A stretch of DNA of 61,616 nt, filler included, from Choristocarpus tenellus KU-1152 (GCA_964200185.2; 10 parts of 10 records of this genome joined end to end with filler, not necessarily neighbours in it), one strand, 5' to 3'. Shown: positions 13,557 to 26,315, counted from the first letter of the whole stretch. The notes: generated by a model from the letters alone, not told the origin. Numbers and translations are program-made.

Positions 13557-14789
13557 TCGTATGATATTTGCTGCAGTTGAAAATCATCATTGCTTTTCTT
13601 TTCACTCCTATGAAACAATCTGATTTTCAAAAAAACTGATGGTATACAAAACTGGAGTCACATTTTTTGTTATGTTGATCCTACTTGATGTGTGCAATAT
13701 TTCACTACAATTTCTCAATGTCAAAGACAACCACTCAAGGAGCGCAACATCTATAAACATATACTTTGAAGTACTTCAGAGTGTATACTCCATGGTATGT
13801 GAAAAGATGAGATTGATTTGCAGGTGTCAAACACTGAAGTGTGCACAACCTTTTTCTTAGAGACTGTATCACTTAGGGTTAGCAGAGTAGGCAGTGTGCC
13901 AGGACTTGGTGGATGATGTGGGGTTTCTTCTTCACCAACCACTTAAGCCCTCAACCAACAGGGGACCCTTCTCCTTTGTTCACAGTGCTCCATGTGCACC
14001 TCTACATGGGACCCAACCAATAAGTTGGTAAGCAACCAGTTCATGGCGCAGCCAGGTGTAACATTGAAAGATAGGTTGTTTCACAACAACATTGCTTGCT
14101 GCTGCAAATACACCATTGATCCCTAGGCTCTCGCCATGTCCGGGCCACCATGAACCTCTGCACAACAATAGTCCCTAATCTGGTTGCGAGATTTCGTGCC
14201 ACGTCTTGATTCCAACGATAAGTTGTATGATGTTCAGTAAGACCTAACAGCTTGCATATCCTTGGGGGGGGGGCATACGTCCATTCAGGACCTTCGTAAC
14301 TCTGCAGCGATTTCATAAATTACTCAGAGTATGAGTTAATGTGTCGGAGTTGAGGGTAATTTCCTTCATCTTGGCGCACTTTTCTTTTCCATCCTCCTGC
14401 CTGGGCCAAGTCTGAAACAAAAATTCGCAGCATGAAAGGCATCAAACCAGAAGTGTTTTACAACACCCCATCAAACCCTGAATGGACAGCCTGGGCTAAC
14501 TAATGTCTCCCTCTCTCTAGGGTACTACGGATCTGCGGGCATTTTCAAATTCCAATATTTGTAATCAGTTCAACCATGTTGATGATGTTGACACTCATCA
14601 AAACCCTGACAAAAGGGGATTCTGAAGGACGAAGAAGATTGTTGTGAAAGTTCGGACATGATTTCCAAGTTCTGGAGTTTTCGGGGCAAGTATGGACAAA
14701 CCCTTACATTTCCTCTGTCTGTAGTACTTGTGGGTAGGATGTCAAGGAACAGAATAGGGATGTGTCAGTGTTAGTGAACTCTGTGTGCC

Positions 14790-15700
14790 CACCTCGTATT
14801 CCTTGCAGAGCGTGTCTCCTCCACCTGCTAAATTTCCGAACAGATGCTGCAGCGGTAAAGATCTCTTAATAGCAAGCTGCTCATTTAGGTTGTCCAACTT
14901 GTTCCAAACCTGGCTGGTGCCAAAATAAGCGTTGCACAAACACACAAGATGTCTTGGTGAGAGCACAGTGGAGAGGGCTTCAATACCACTAGTGCACTTC
15001 CGCATCCAAGATCATAGGCAAACAATTTTATATAAATTCTACTACCCTGTACAAAACAAATGCGCACATGGCAGTCTTGGAAGAGTCTTGAGATAAAACC
15101 GAGCCGACGACAAAGGTTGCTCATGGTTTTAACAATGCCAGGCATTGTACCAACTCCATCCCAAGCATAAATAAACTCAGGTAGCACATCCAATTCCGAT
15201 ATGTGATTAGGTCATTAGTGATATTTTGTTATTGTGAGGGACTCTTGAACTGTGGCAATGCCACCAGAAAGCAAATGCCACGATATGCATATATGTACAT
15301 CCGTCTTGTCCGTGGCAAGTCAGCATTATACTGATGTTTCCTTTCCACGACTCTAGAGCTCTGCCAAGGAATTGGATCAATCTTCTACACGAAGGTTTTC
15401 CGTGCGGTGTCTGAAGCTCGCTCTGACAATACCTTTCCCACAAAAATTAATCTCAAACATCACTACTTCTGCTTGCATTGACCGCAACAGCTGAAAGTGT
15501 TTGCAGTGGGAAGGAAGTACCATGCAAAGGATAAGGTACCAGAGAAAGGACAGAGGCCACAACCTCCCACAATTGCACATAGAAAATACAAATCCATGCA
15601 AAGTGCGTCGAAAGAACCAGTCAATTTGTTCAACGAGAGGTTTTCATTCAAACCCACAACATTAACACCTGGTGTGTCGCAAGCTTTTCAAGTCGATGTC
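14790..15700 (-). mobile_element. Decayed KDZ (Kyakuja-Dileera-Zisupton)-like transposase
   Basis: Degenerate order LPEFIYAWD...FISRLFQDCHVRIC...Y...GCG...E...RHLV...NKLDNL resembles the KDZ YDxxC / HxxxHxxxC / GxGxxxGE / N..K..NL blocks; many frameshifts. Confidence 0.45.
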
Positions 15701-16143
15701 AGTAGCATCATTAAATTGTGGGCCATGCAACGAGGGGAGATCACCTTGCTGTTCCTCTCCTTGATAGCCTTCCGCCTAGCAAGCAGCTTCCGACTAACCG
15801 ACTGCACTGAAGAGGCAGCCTTTTCTACCATGCTAATCTGCATGACATGGTCAGGGGTCACCACCACTCCATGCTGTGCATGAGTTTTGGGGTGTGTGAG
15901 CCCTTGTTCAGACTGGGGTGGTGATTTCGTAGCTAGTGTGGGTATCGTATATGCGCTGGAAACTTCGAATTTTGTGTTGATTCGCACTACGAGGTAGTTT
16001 TGGAGGCCATAGACGTTTCTTTGACCTATGCGATCGCGTTGTTATTCTCGACGACTCCCTCCCCTAGGGTGTGTGTCGCTGCTATGGCATTGCACAACCG
16101 TTCACAAAAATGGCCTAAACATCTTGTGGTATATACCTATTAC

Positions 16144-16523
16144 CTTCGCTGGACATGTGAAGTATGAGTGACCTTCAACAGTACCGTTGCAGTATCCAAC
16201 AGGGGCATCCAACTCGACCCCGACGTGTTCTCCCGCTGAAAAGTGTACCATGCCCAAAAACGCCACGCGCTTGGACCAGATGTTAAAAACAAAAGGGAAA
16301 CAAAGGAATGCACGGTTGAGTGAATGAGCAATCGATATCTTGCCCAATATTGACTTCAAAGGAGACACTCCTGAGTCATGAAGAGGGTTATTCTATATGC
16401 AATAGAATCTCCAGCATTTGGTTTCTCCCGACACTCAAGGCTTTGAAAGTTGCTTACCCCTCTATGTTTGTTGTTGTAGAAGACATGTGTCCCTACTGAG
16501 AGTTCGGAGGTAATGTTCGTCAT
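16144..16523 (-). CDS. CAP-Gly domain protein, first two exons (16523-16458, 16269-16144); downstream exons not identified
   Basis: Spliced product MTNITSELSVGTHVFYNNKHRG|RVAFLGMVHFSAGEHVGVELDAPVGYCNGTVEGHSYFTCPAK matches the CAP-Gly pattern; phase-0 GT-AG junctions. Confidence 0.8.
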
Positions 16524-17159
16524 AAGGGCTCTCCCTCAAAGTTCTCCGTCCACAGCAGTATCAAAGTAGAGTGGGAACGACAGTATTTTTTTGTCCAATC
16601 AGGTATAAATCCGTTTCATCATGTATGGTGAATCTCCCATATTATGTACTTTGGAGTACCATGCACTTTTTAGTACTTCAAAGTTTGTTAATGCCCTCTA
16701 ACATTTTGCTGATACGTGTCAAGAAAAACCAAAACCAAAACTATGTTACAAGGACTGTTGTAAATGCCTCAGCTGCGTAGTCGTCAATCAAAGACACCTC
16801 CCAACTAAAATATGTAGTATATACCACTTGAAAACTAACAACGATGTCCCCTTCAAGATTGATCACTACTAAGTATTGTGTACACTGAAATGTTTTTAAC
16901 CTAGCTGCGCCCTATGAAGTTGGTTGAGGAGCTAGGGAAGTATCCCAAGAATCTGTCAGGTTCCTATTTGCCCACCTGCCTGCCGTCTCTTTGAACTTGT
17001 AGCGCATGACGCGTGGCAAGAGAGTCACTTCTACAGTAAAGGACACCTCTCACACGAGACTTGATACCCCCTTCCCTTCAATACCCCCCAGCCCCTCTCC
17101 CCCCTAATATGTGGGAGGCCAACAAATCCTGGAAGAGTACTCGGCGCACACACGCATAT

Positions 17160-17543
17160 TGGAACGACTCTGTCACCTACTGGTCAAATTAAGGTACATG
17201 TTGATAATATTGATGAAAGCGTCAACCTCAACATCTTCGCAGTGGAAAGTTATGGGCGCCTTGGTAAGCAACCAGAAGTTTTCTAGGTGAGTTGGCTACA
17301 CATACAGTTGGGGGGAGAGGCGGGGGAGGTTGTAGCAGGAAAGGGTCTGTCAAATCTCGCTTACGACAAATAGTATCTGTCACTACAGGAGTGACTCTCT
17401 CGAGGTGTGTTGTGCGTTTCAAGCTAGAGACACGTGGCAGATGGGCAAGAAGGGGCCTGTCAGATTCTTGGGATGCTTCCCCAGATCCTCGCTCACTTGC
17501 CTAGGGCTAAGTTAGACTGGAAGAATAGTAGCAATGTACACAT
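17160..17543 (+). repeat. Retroelement 3'-end repeat; related copies on the minus strand at ~16870-17060, ~37760-37885, ~57565-57760
   Basis: Shared core GACAGATTCTTGGGATRCTTCCCYAGCTCCTC...AGGTT; ORF end SRLRQIVSV...RFKLETRGR. Confidence 0.75.
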
Positions 17544-17800
17544 GAGTGAAAGTATCTTAGAGGGTACGAGTTTTGCCCTGTTGTCCATTTGGGGCTTGGC
17601 TTCCCATGGGTTTTTTAATAACGTTTTCCTACTCCAAAATGTTTTCAGTAGGTAAAATGTATACGTTATGAAAAGGTGTGTCCAGAACATGGATATTGAC
17701 ACTTCCTAACAAACACGATAGTCAAAATTACATCAAAATCGCAACATTGGATTTTGCCTCCGAAATGGACACGCCTCTACCCTCTAAGATACTTTGACTT
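17544..17800 (+). mobile_element. MITE-A copy in a retroelement 3' tail
   Basis: Both TIRs; TSD CAT/CAT. Confidence 0.95.
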
Positions 17801-18379
17801 CATAACATTGTAATTACCAACATTTAAGCGAGTGCTGTAGTATATAGTTTTAGAAGAGATATCTTTCACATTCAGAAGTTAGAAAACCAAACCAGCGATT
17901 AAGCACAATAATCAGTCTTGGAATCCAATTTTCTCCATATTTAAACACAATCATCACAGCGTGTGTGACATATTGTCTCCCTCGCTAAAAATCTGATGGG
18001 GATGTTCTTAGGGTTAGGAAGAATCCCACGAATCTATCGAGTCTATTAACAACTGATGGAAGGCTTCTTTTATTCGACCCCCACTGGGGTGACTTGCCGG
18101 ATTGTTGGTTCTAACATGTTCAACAGGGCCTAACCTTCACGAGGAATCCGATGGTGACCACCCCACCACTATGATTCGTCTCGTGTGGGAGGACCGCAAT
18201 TTACCGAGTGTACAGATCGTTACGATTGGTAGCATATTTTACTTAACAATGCAATACATCGTCTCTATTCTGAATCTGTTTGATGAATGAACTATTAATA
18301 TACTACACATAGTATACATAATAATAATATAGAACCGATTGTATTGCGTGAGATAGTAAAGAGTCACAACGAGAGGTAG

Positions 18380-18990
18380 GTTGGGTTGCATCTAAGGATC
18401 CGAGAATGGGCAGAAAATTGTCCTTTTGTACAATTCCAGAGAGAGCCCTTTGCTGAATTGCTGTGCCACTTTGTGTGTGGAAGGGGGAATATCAATTCTT
18501 CGTACACTAATGTCGGCATAAAGCAATGGGATGGGGTGTATTGCATGGGGTAAGAAACAAGGCTTAGAATGCAAAAGGGCCCAGACCTGCCTACCTCCCA
18601 ATTTGTTTGGTTTGAACCAATTGGTGGCGGTCAAACCCTCCATTGTTCCACCATGTTTTCTCTTCGCCTGCATGGCAAGCTCAATGTTCATCAGAACATC
18701 AACCGGCCCTATCATCAGCACGCTCATGTCTACAGTTTCCACTAGCGTAGAAAACCATGGAGGTTTTGGTGGTGGGCTTGTCGAGGTTGACACAGCCCTC
18801 AACAAAAATTGGCAACTTCTACCCTTTACCTCTCAGACGTTTGAGGAACTTGCAGGTGGGAAACGGGGCCAGGACAGATTGGAGAAGACTGGTGAGCATA
18901 TTTTCCGTCCAAATTCCTTCAGTGTGTTAGGATCCAGATCGTAGTATGTAATGAAAGGGGCGGCAAACCCAACCTGTTCTACAGCTATAG
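18380..18990 (-). repeat. Decayed coding repeat of unknown family; homologous copies at ~4640-4725(+), ~19800-20352(+), ~51490-51765(-)
   Basis: Four loci translate to variants of GRQVWALLHSKPSFLHPMQYTLFHCF. Confidence 0.75.
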
Positions 18991-19191
18991 ATTTTTGATG
19001 GGGGGTGCCTAGCTTATCATAGACACCTGGTATGGGAAGGGAGGTGAACCATACTACAGCTGACTATGATAAAGTATAAAAGCACAACTGAGGTTGCCAA
19101 GAACACCAGGTACCCTCAGCTCATTGCTCTAATTTTCGTGGATGTTTCGCTGTGATGTATGGTAAACGTGGTGTGGGTCTAGGTGAATGGA

Positions 19192-19451
19192 GAGTCAAAG
19201 TATCTTAGAGGGTAGAGCAGCGTCCATTTAGGGACCAAAATCCAATGTTACAATTTTGATGTAATTTTGGCTATGGTGTTTGTTATAATAAAGCGACAAT
19301 ATCCATGTTCTGGACACACCTTTCATAATGTATACACTTTCCCTACTCCGAAAATATTGGAGCAGGGAAGTTTCATAAAAGAATCCATGGGAAGTTAAGC
19401 CCCAAATGGACAAACAGGGCAAAACTCGTACCCTCTAAGATACTTTCACTC
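19192..19451 (-). mobile_element. MITE-A copy
   Basis: Both TIRs; TSD TGGA/TGGA. Confidence 0.95.
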
Positions 19452-20828
19452 TGGATGGCCTCCTGGATCTTGTCCTTTATGCTGGTGCCAGTGGTAATTT
19501 TCTCCGTGTGCCAGTCACTGCATCTATCTCTCGGTCTTCCTTTGTACCTCAACCTTATCAATATTTTTTCCAAAAATTTCGAAGATATTCTTATTTTCTA
19601 TTGGTATTTTTCTTTCGAACTTCTTCTACTCCTCTTCTCATATGCTATATTATACATGTGTCCCAGACGGGTCTGAGAGAACTTTCCATCACCAAAGACA
19701 CGACTTTCAAGGATGACACTAGGATGACACTTATTAAAACTACTTTTCCCCAAGGAACACACACTGCTGCTCCAAAAAGAGATGCAAAATAAATGCAAGA
19801 TTGTTCTTGGTGGTCTACATTTTTGGGAGGTTCCGAAGGTGGTCGAAAAATACCCAGAGAAGTTTGTGGCCTGTTGTGGCAAGGCCGTCTCAAAGTGCTT
19901 GCCAAATTCTTGTGGCACTCAGTGCGGCACTTGCTTCTCCACCTGTGGTAGACAAGGATAAACTACAAAGATACATACATACTTGGAGCATACATTTTGT
20001 AGGTTGAAGCAAGCTTCCCATGAACTGTGTGGAAAAGGGCAATCGTGTTTTTGACCTGGCCATCATGAAGTACATTCTCCAAGGGAGGTGGCATCGACTG
20101 CAGAACATTTCTTTTTCTCCACCATTGAGCCAAACCAATCGAGAGGTAGGCAAGCGGTTTGAACCCCTTTGCATTCTAAGCCATCTTTCTTACCCTGTGT
20201 AATGCACTCTATTTCATTTCTTTATGTTGACATTAATGTACGAAGAATTGATATCTCCCCTTTCCAAACACAAACTGACACCAAAATTAATCAAATACTC
20301 TTTCTGTAAATGACACATTATTGCCTTTTCTCGGGATCCTTGGAATGCAACCTTGCCTAACTCTCAATTGATCTGGCTCGCTTGTAAAATAATGTATCAT
20401 CTGTATACTTCAAAGTATATCGCATCGATGAGAATTGTATTATCGTGCATTTCGGGCGTCTTGCAACCTCCCTTATTCCACAATTGTTGTCATTATTTGT
20501 ACCCTTGGAACTGTCCAACGTCCCAACTGACCAAGACTCCTAGCTTTGACAATTTGGGAGCTGGATTCGGAGGAGAGGTTGTGGAGGAAGTGCCTCAATG
20601 TAGCAAATAGGATTGGGTGGAGATCCATGCTGATGTTTGTGGAACCCGTATTCTTGTAGATATATGTGACACCAAAGTGATACATACGAAGGATACAGCC
20701 GTCATATACAATGGGTGATGAGAAATCACACCTGTAGATAGAGTTTCGACCCAAGCATGGACTACCCTAGTTACTACAAGTAGCTACTGTGTGTGGTTAA
20801 GCGTGTTGATGAAATATACTATACATAT

Positions 20829-20835
<7 letters not shown>

Positions 20836-20908
<73 letters not shown>
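20836..20908. repeat. (TTA)n microsatellite
   Basis: Direct reading. Confidence 0.95.
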
Positions 20909-20909
<1 letters not shown>

Positions 20910-22256
20910 GTGTAGTAGCTAGAATGCACAACTTTGGAAGGTGAGGGTGACGTAGTAGTACTGACAAAGATACCCCCCCAGGAGTACATACAACCCCTAA
21001 TTTTGTTCTCTCTGGAGAAGGGGCCCCTCACCAGTTAGTTGGAGGTGTTTCTTCACTACCTTGTATTGTATGAACTAATTCTCGTGGTATGGTCACTAAG
21101 GAGACGGTTGGGTGGGTATGCTATGGGGGTTTGACTTCTGATCCGTTTCGTCATCTCACATCGAAAATCATATTGCGTGAAAGATTCTTACGCTGGTTCC
21201 TGTTTAGACTAAAGCAGTCCCACAGACCAAAAACCAAGGTGGAAATGCGGTATTGCTACTATTGAAGTCCTAATGTGATGGAAGCGTTTTCAAGAGGTTG
21301 CACGACAAGGAACACACACACACACACGCAATGTAAATGGGTAGCCCAGTGCACACATTCCGAAAAGAAAGTCTATTAGTAGTTAGTACCTATTTGTTCA
21401 GAAGAAATCAAAGGATTGTGAGTTTTCATTAGCAAAAAACTGCCAGCCAGTGTGTTGAATATTTGTGACTTGCTCTATTCTGAACAATAATGGGGCTCTG
21501 ACCGACCGAATAAATGTAACCACTACCACTAATACTACTACTAATACTACTACTACTATTGACTGATAAGCACCTCAAATAACTACATTTTATTTTATTT
21601 TAATGTAGTACATACTTTTTGCAAAGCAATCACACCCCACATGGAATCGGCATTCCGAGTTCCTGGTTTCAGAACCCTACCAAGTTCTTCTGTAAGAGAC
21701 TGCCTCTCTTTGTGCTTTGGACAGTGGCGGCAGAAAAATAGCAACCAGTCTCCTCTACCATTTATGGTGTGTATGGCTGCTCTATTCCAAGTTTTGTCAA
21801 TTTCCACTCCCCTTAAAAGTCTTCTACGGGCCCTCAATGGGAAACCACACTAGTACATGTGCTCATGTGAGGGGTGAATGTTACCCGTTTTCTGTGCCAT
21901 ACAATAGTTGTGATTGTTGTGCTGGATAAAACATTTGTTGAGTATATTCTGTATTTGCGCTATTTTGTTCCACCCAACAAATTATCATTGTACTGCGCGT
22001 CACGCGCGTCGCGCAAAGAAGAATGTGGTGCAGTTTGTCGAACGCTCTCAATTTTTGTTCATCTCACACTCGGGATGAACTCGGGAAAGGGTTCGAAAGT
22101 CGCCAACACCCAGACCTAGCTGTGTGGGGGCGCGGTTAGGAAAAACGCGATTTGTGCAGGGTGCACTGCTTTTCCTCCAAGCGCTGTATCGTTCCTCACG
22201 CTGTCGAGAAGGTGGCGATTGGTGTTGGGAGGCTCGGTAGGGACGCCTAAGTTATC

Positions 22257-24682
22257 ATGGGTCAAAACCCTAGTAAGGGCTTTATGGAACAAAGGGAGCG
22301 GTCGAACACTGAGCACAGGAAGCAGGATACTCTTGCCCGAAATATGTAAGGCGTTGTGTGTGTGTTATGCTTTTAGGGAAGGAGGTCTGTTTTCCTCAAT
22401 CCCCATCCCGCTCGAGTGAAGTTTAGGCTTGTGCCAATGTTCGCCGTCGGTTGCCCAGCTCAAGGTTGAAGTGTTTAGCCTCATTTTTTGCGTTATTACC
22501 ACATACGCGTGTAGCGAATACCTGGATCCGTGCTTAAGTTTGATTTAATTGTGCTTCTTTCCCCCCGAGCAGGGTCCGCGAGGAATTCAACCGCAATATT
22601 CAGGAGGTGTACGACCTAAGGTGAGGACTTTAGAAGACGCCTGCGATGAGTATTGAAGTATTACCTAGACGTTACTTGTTGCATATACTTTGAACTAGTT
22701 TGTAACAAGGATGGAAGTCCCCACCCCCCTTGGTTGTTTCCTCTCTGCTCCTCTTTCAAATGCTTGGCCACACACACATTTGGCTGATCATCGAGCGTTG
22801 GTGTCAGCTCCAGGTATGGTCGCCGAATACCTCTCTAAAGTTCTGATCTATGCAGAAAGGTGATTTCGCTATGTGAATCACCCTTGCTCCAAATTTGATG
22901 TTGACTATGAACGTGGGACTGACTCAGATTGTAATTTTTAAGATTATTTTATATCGTCGATATAGAAACGAACATTTTGAAGACCACTTGGAATGCCTCC
23001 CTCAGAAATGACTGCCCCCTTGAGTAACTCTCCTTGTACGTGGAGATTAAGTTGGCGTGTGCAAGAGTATCACTTTGTCGCTATCTCGATCTGGCACCAT
23101 CTTGACGTTAGATACTTGATTGTTTCCTTGCCATTCATACCAGTTTCAGTGCTTGATTAACCTTTGCAGTGCAATCCTCTAGTTTAAGTAGTGTCTTGCG
23201 GCACATTCCTCCTGTTGCTTTTGTATGCAGGCACAGGATGCAAATGTCCTTCTTGTAGATATCTTTTTTTCTTTTTTCTGAATCCCCCCCCCCTCCCCCC
23301 TCTCCAACAGAGAAATTTTGATGTTGTTGTTGGGTTCCGAGTGTTTGGATGCATCCCTACAAAATTTTAATGGGATAAAGGAGCAGAGAAGGGTAGAAGC
23401 ATCTTGTTTTCTGGACGGGTGAACCTGAGCTTATTGTTGAGTTGCAAAAAAAAACTTGAGGGGGGGGGGAGTTGAATGGAAAGAAAGGTCTCCAGACTAC
23501 GAATAATGTTCAGATAAGATGAGGAGGTGGGGATGGGAAGGTAGATTATATCAGTCTAGGCATATATTTTTGAGCGTCAGGATTCCGGATTTGCTTGTGT
23601 TCGAGACTGAAGAGGCAAGATTTCCTGGCATTTATTTGTCTGTAGTAGTCAGTTGTATTTCCCTGTGCTAGCACTTGCACTCATGGTTGGGCGAGAAATT
23701 TCTCATAAAATTTGTTTTCAGGCAAGAATGGGAGACATAGCTCCGGTTGCGTTCGCCCTTTGTTAGGAAACGCATTGCATGCCTATCCCTTCTTTCCTTG
23801 TTAAAGGATTGACTCTTGAAAGTGTGAGTAGGGACGGGGATGTTAGGGTTAGGGTTAGGGTTAGGGTTAGGGTTAGGGTTAGGGTTAGGGTTAGGGTTAG
23901 GGTAAGGAAATCACTGCATCTAGCAATGGTCACAGCTTACGGGGGCAACAAAGAGATTATTGTAGGGATTGTGGTGAAGCTCGTAGAGGGGCATGATTTT
24001 GAAGGTTTTTGCTGGAATGCAAGTAGGCCTGGGGACCATATCGTACAGGTTTCCCTGATGGGATACTTGATAGGATATTATTAACTCATCATACTTCTCT
24101 TGTCAGTTGTGTTGCATGTGGGGTATCGGAGGGAAGACCGTTTCAGGTCAAGATATTGATGTGCTGTGCCCTGATGATGACGACATGGAGTTCCACGCAT
24201 ATGGTGGGATTATTGCGGAAGCAAGAGTTGAACGCTAAACCAGTCAGCATTTGTTCTTGTTGCCCTTACGAATGCACATGAGCACATGCTATTGGCATGT
24301 GCTGCCTATACGATGAGAAGGCTCTGGGTTAGCTCCAGGGCAGTTGGGGTGCAATCTTTTGTTTGTAATCCGGGTCTTTGTCAGGTCCCCCTGTCTTTTT
24401 TTTTTGTGTTGCTGGTGCTATCGTAAGTATCAATGACAATCCCTAACACTAACCATAGTGTGGCTTGGAACTTAATGCTGCTGTTCTTTGTTTGGATGGG
24501 GGTGACCTGGATGAATTGTGGCTGTATCGCTGGGGTCTATGTTGGGGTTGGGGTTGGGGCTGGGGCTGGGGGGGTGGGGTTCCTGGGGGAACAACAGATC
24601 GGGAAAGCTGCTTGGAAAGGGAGGTTTTGGGACAGTGAGGGTGGTGACTCATAAAGCTACGCAAAAAAAGTTCGCCCTGAAG
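22257..24682 (+). CDS. Ser/Thr protein kinase (CAMK/CDPK-like), N-myristoylation signal; exons 22257-22345, 22573-22620, 24598-24682; truncated by contig end
   Basis: Phase-consistent splicing gives MGQNPSK...MVREEFNRNIQEVYDLRSGKLLGKGGFGTVRVVTHKATQKKFALK (Gly loop and catalytic Lys). Confidence 0.85.
23843..23902 (+). repeat. Interstitial telomeric repeat (TTAGGG)10 in kinase intron
   Basis: Ten perfect hexamers. Confidence 0.95.
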
Positions 24683-24741
24683 GTGAGTTATGCCCAGTGG
24701 AATATGTGTACTATCTTTGTGATTGTAGAGGAAAAGATTTT

Positions 24742-24779
<38 letters not shown>

Positions 24780-24780
24780 G
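24742..24780. repeat. (TTG)n microsatellite
   Basis: Direct reading. Confidence 0.95.
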
Positions 24781-25638
24781 GGCGAGGTACACGTCTGAGG
24801 TGGTAAGTACGGCGATGACCATTAGGCATCATTAAGAATTGACTCTCCGATCCAATTTTTTTTTTGCATATGGACCTAAAGTATCTGGGGGGGGGGGGGG
24901 TTCCTGGGGGAACAACAGATCGGGAAAGCTGCTTGGAAAGGGNNNNNNNNNNNNNNNNNNNNNNNNNNNNNNNNNNNNNNNNNNNNTTAATTAATTAANN
25001 NNNNNNNNNNNNNNNNNNNNNNNNNNNNNNNNNNNNNNNNNNCCCAAAAGCCCCCTCCCCCCCCCCCCCCCCCCCCCCCCCCAGATACTTTGAGCCTTAG
25101 GGTTATGACTGTAGCGCCATCCTGTTTTTCACCAATGATATCAGGTGTCAGCTCTGCAGGCCACTTGCTTGTCCTATTGTCTAGCAGACAATCCCCTTAG
25201 GGTCAGGGTTAGGGTTAGAGTAAGGTCCTTGCATGCAACTGAGCCAAGGGTTAGGGTTAGGGTTAGGAAAAACTTGACACCTGTGGTTGGCGTTTTGGCA
25301 ATCGGCAGTCTTTTCAGGTGTGCTCTGACGACAATAATGACTCTGGCTCACATCCCCTTGCTGCTTAAGGAATAACCTCTGTGCCTTCTTCCTTCTGCAT
25401 GTTGCTAGGTGACAAGCAGCCTGAATGCACTTCATTTTCTTTCTTTTCATTGCTATTTCCTGCCAGCGAAGAACATCATTTCTCACCTTTTTCTTAAAAA
25501 CTCACTCACCTTTATCTTAAGACTCACGCCAACCCTAACATTCAACCCTAACCCTAACCTTCAACCCTAACCCTAACCTTCAACTCTATACGGTTGTGCA
25601 CCGTTCTCTGTTTATTTTTTTTATTACCCACAATCCAG

Positions 25639-25749
25639 CCTCCTCCCATTCCAGACAGCCTATCTGCGGATGCCAAAGACTTCTTGTCCAATTGCCTGAT
25701 CATTGACCCAAGTCGCCGCATGAAGGCTAGGGGATTGCTGCACCACCAG
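25639..25749 (+). CDS. Protein kinase exon, subdomain X-XI (MAP3K/STE11-like wording); different contig from the previous kinase
   Basis: AG|PPPIPDSLSADAKDFLSNCLIIDPSRRMKARGLLHHQ|GT, 111 nt, phase 0. Confidence 0.8.
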
Positions 25750-26046
25750 GTTTGGTGTAGGGTTAGGGTTTCCAGTTAGTTAGAGCAAGAGTTAGGAATA
25801 GGGTTAGGGATAGGGATAGGACAAGTGTGCGCTTGCGTTCTTCCTTTTAACTATTTCATGACCATTTTAGTGTTTACTTTTTTTTCTATAAATAACTGTT
25901 GCTGTTTGTTGGCAGTCAGGTTTTTTGGTGGTATTGGTAAAAGATGTTCGTTTTATGTTTTTTTAGGGTTAGGGTAAATAAAATCTATTATATAGTCGAA
26001 ACATTGTTCATAGTGGTAGTAGGACAAGGTTGCCCTCTTCCGATTT

Positions 26047-26315
26047 GAGTTGAACTATGTTAGGGTTAGGGTAAAAGGTTTGCCCTGTTTGTCCGTTTGG
26101 GGCTTGACTTCCCATGGGTTATTATGACATTTTCCTACTCCAAAATATTTCGGAGTAGGTAAAATGTACACTTTAAGATGAAAGGGTGTGTCCGGAACAA
26201 GGATATTGACACTTACTTGCTAACAAACACGATAGCCAAAATTGCATCAAAATCGCTAACATTGGATTTTGGCTTCCAAAGGGACGCGGCTCCACCCTCT
26301 AAGATACTTTGGTTC
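26047..26315 (+). mobile_element. MITE-A copy with telomeric repeat in left TIR
   Basis: Body matches family; left TIR reads ...TTAGGGTTAGGGTA; no TSD. Confidence 0.9.

Noticed and set aside
23779-24084. ORF with RVRVRV run (also 25145-25375)
   Set aside because: Translation of TTAGGG repeats in introns.
24895-24942. Apparent duplication of the start of kinase exon 3
   Set aside because: Exact copy joined through a poly-G run of a MITE-B end at a contig end; most likely an assembly misjoin.
24598-25749. Joining the two kinase parts into one gene
   Set aside because: They lie on different contigs and look like different kinase groups; no evidence of linkage.
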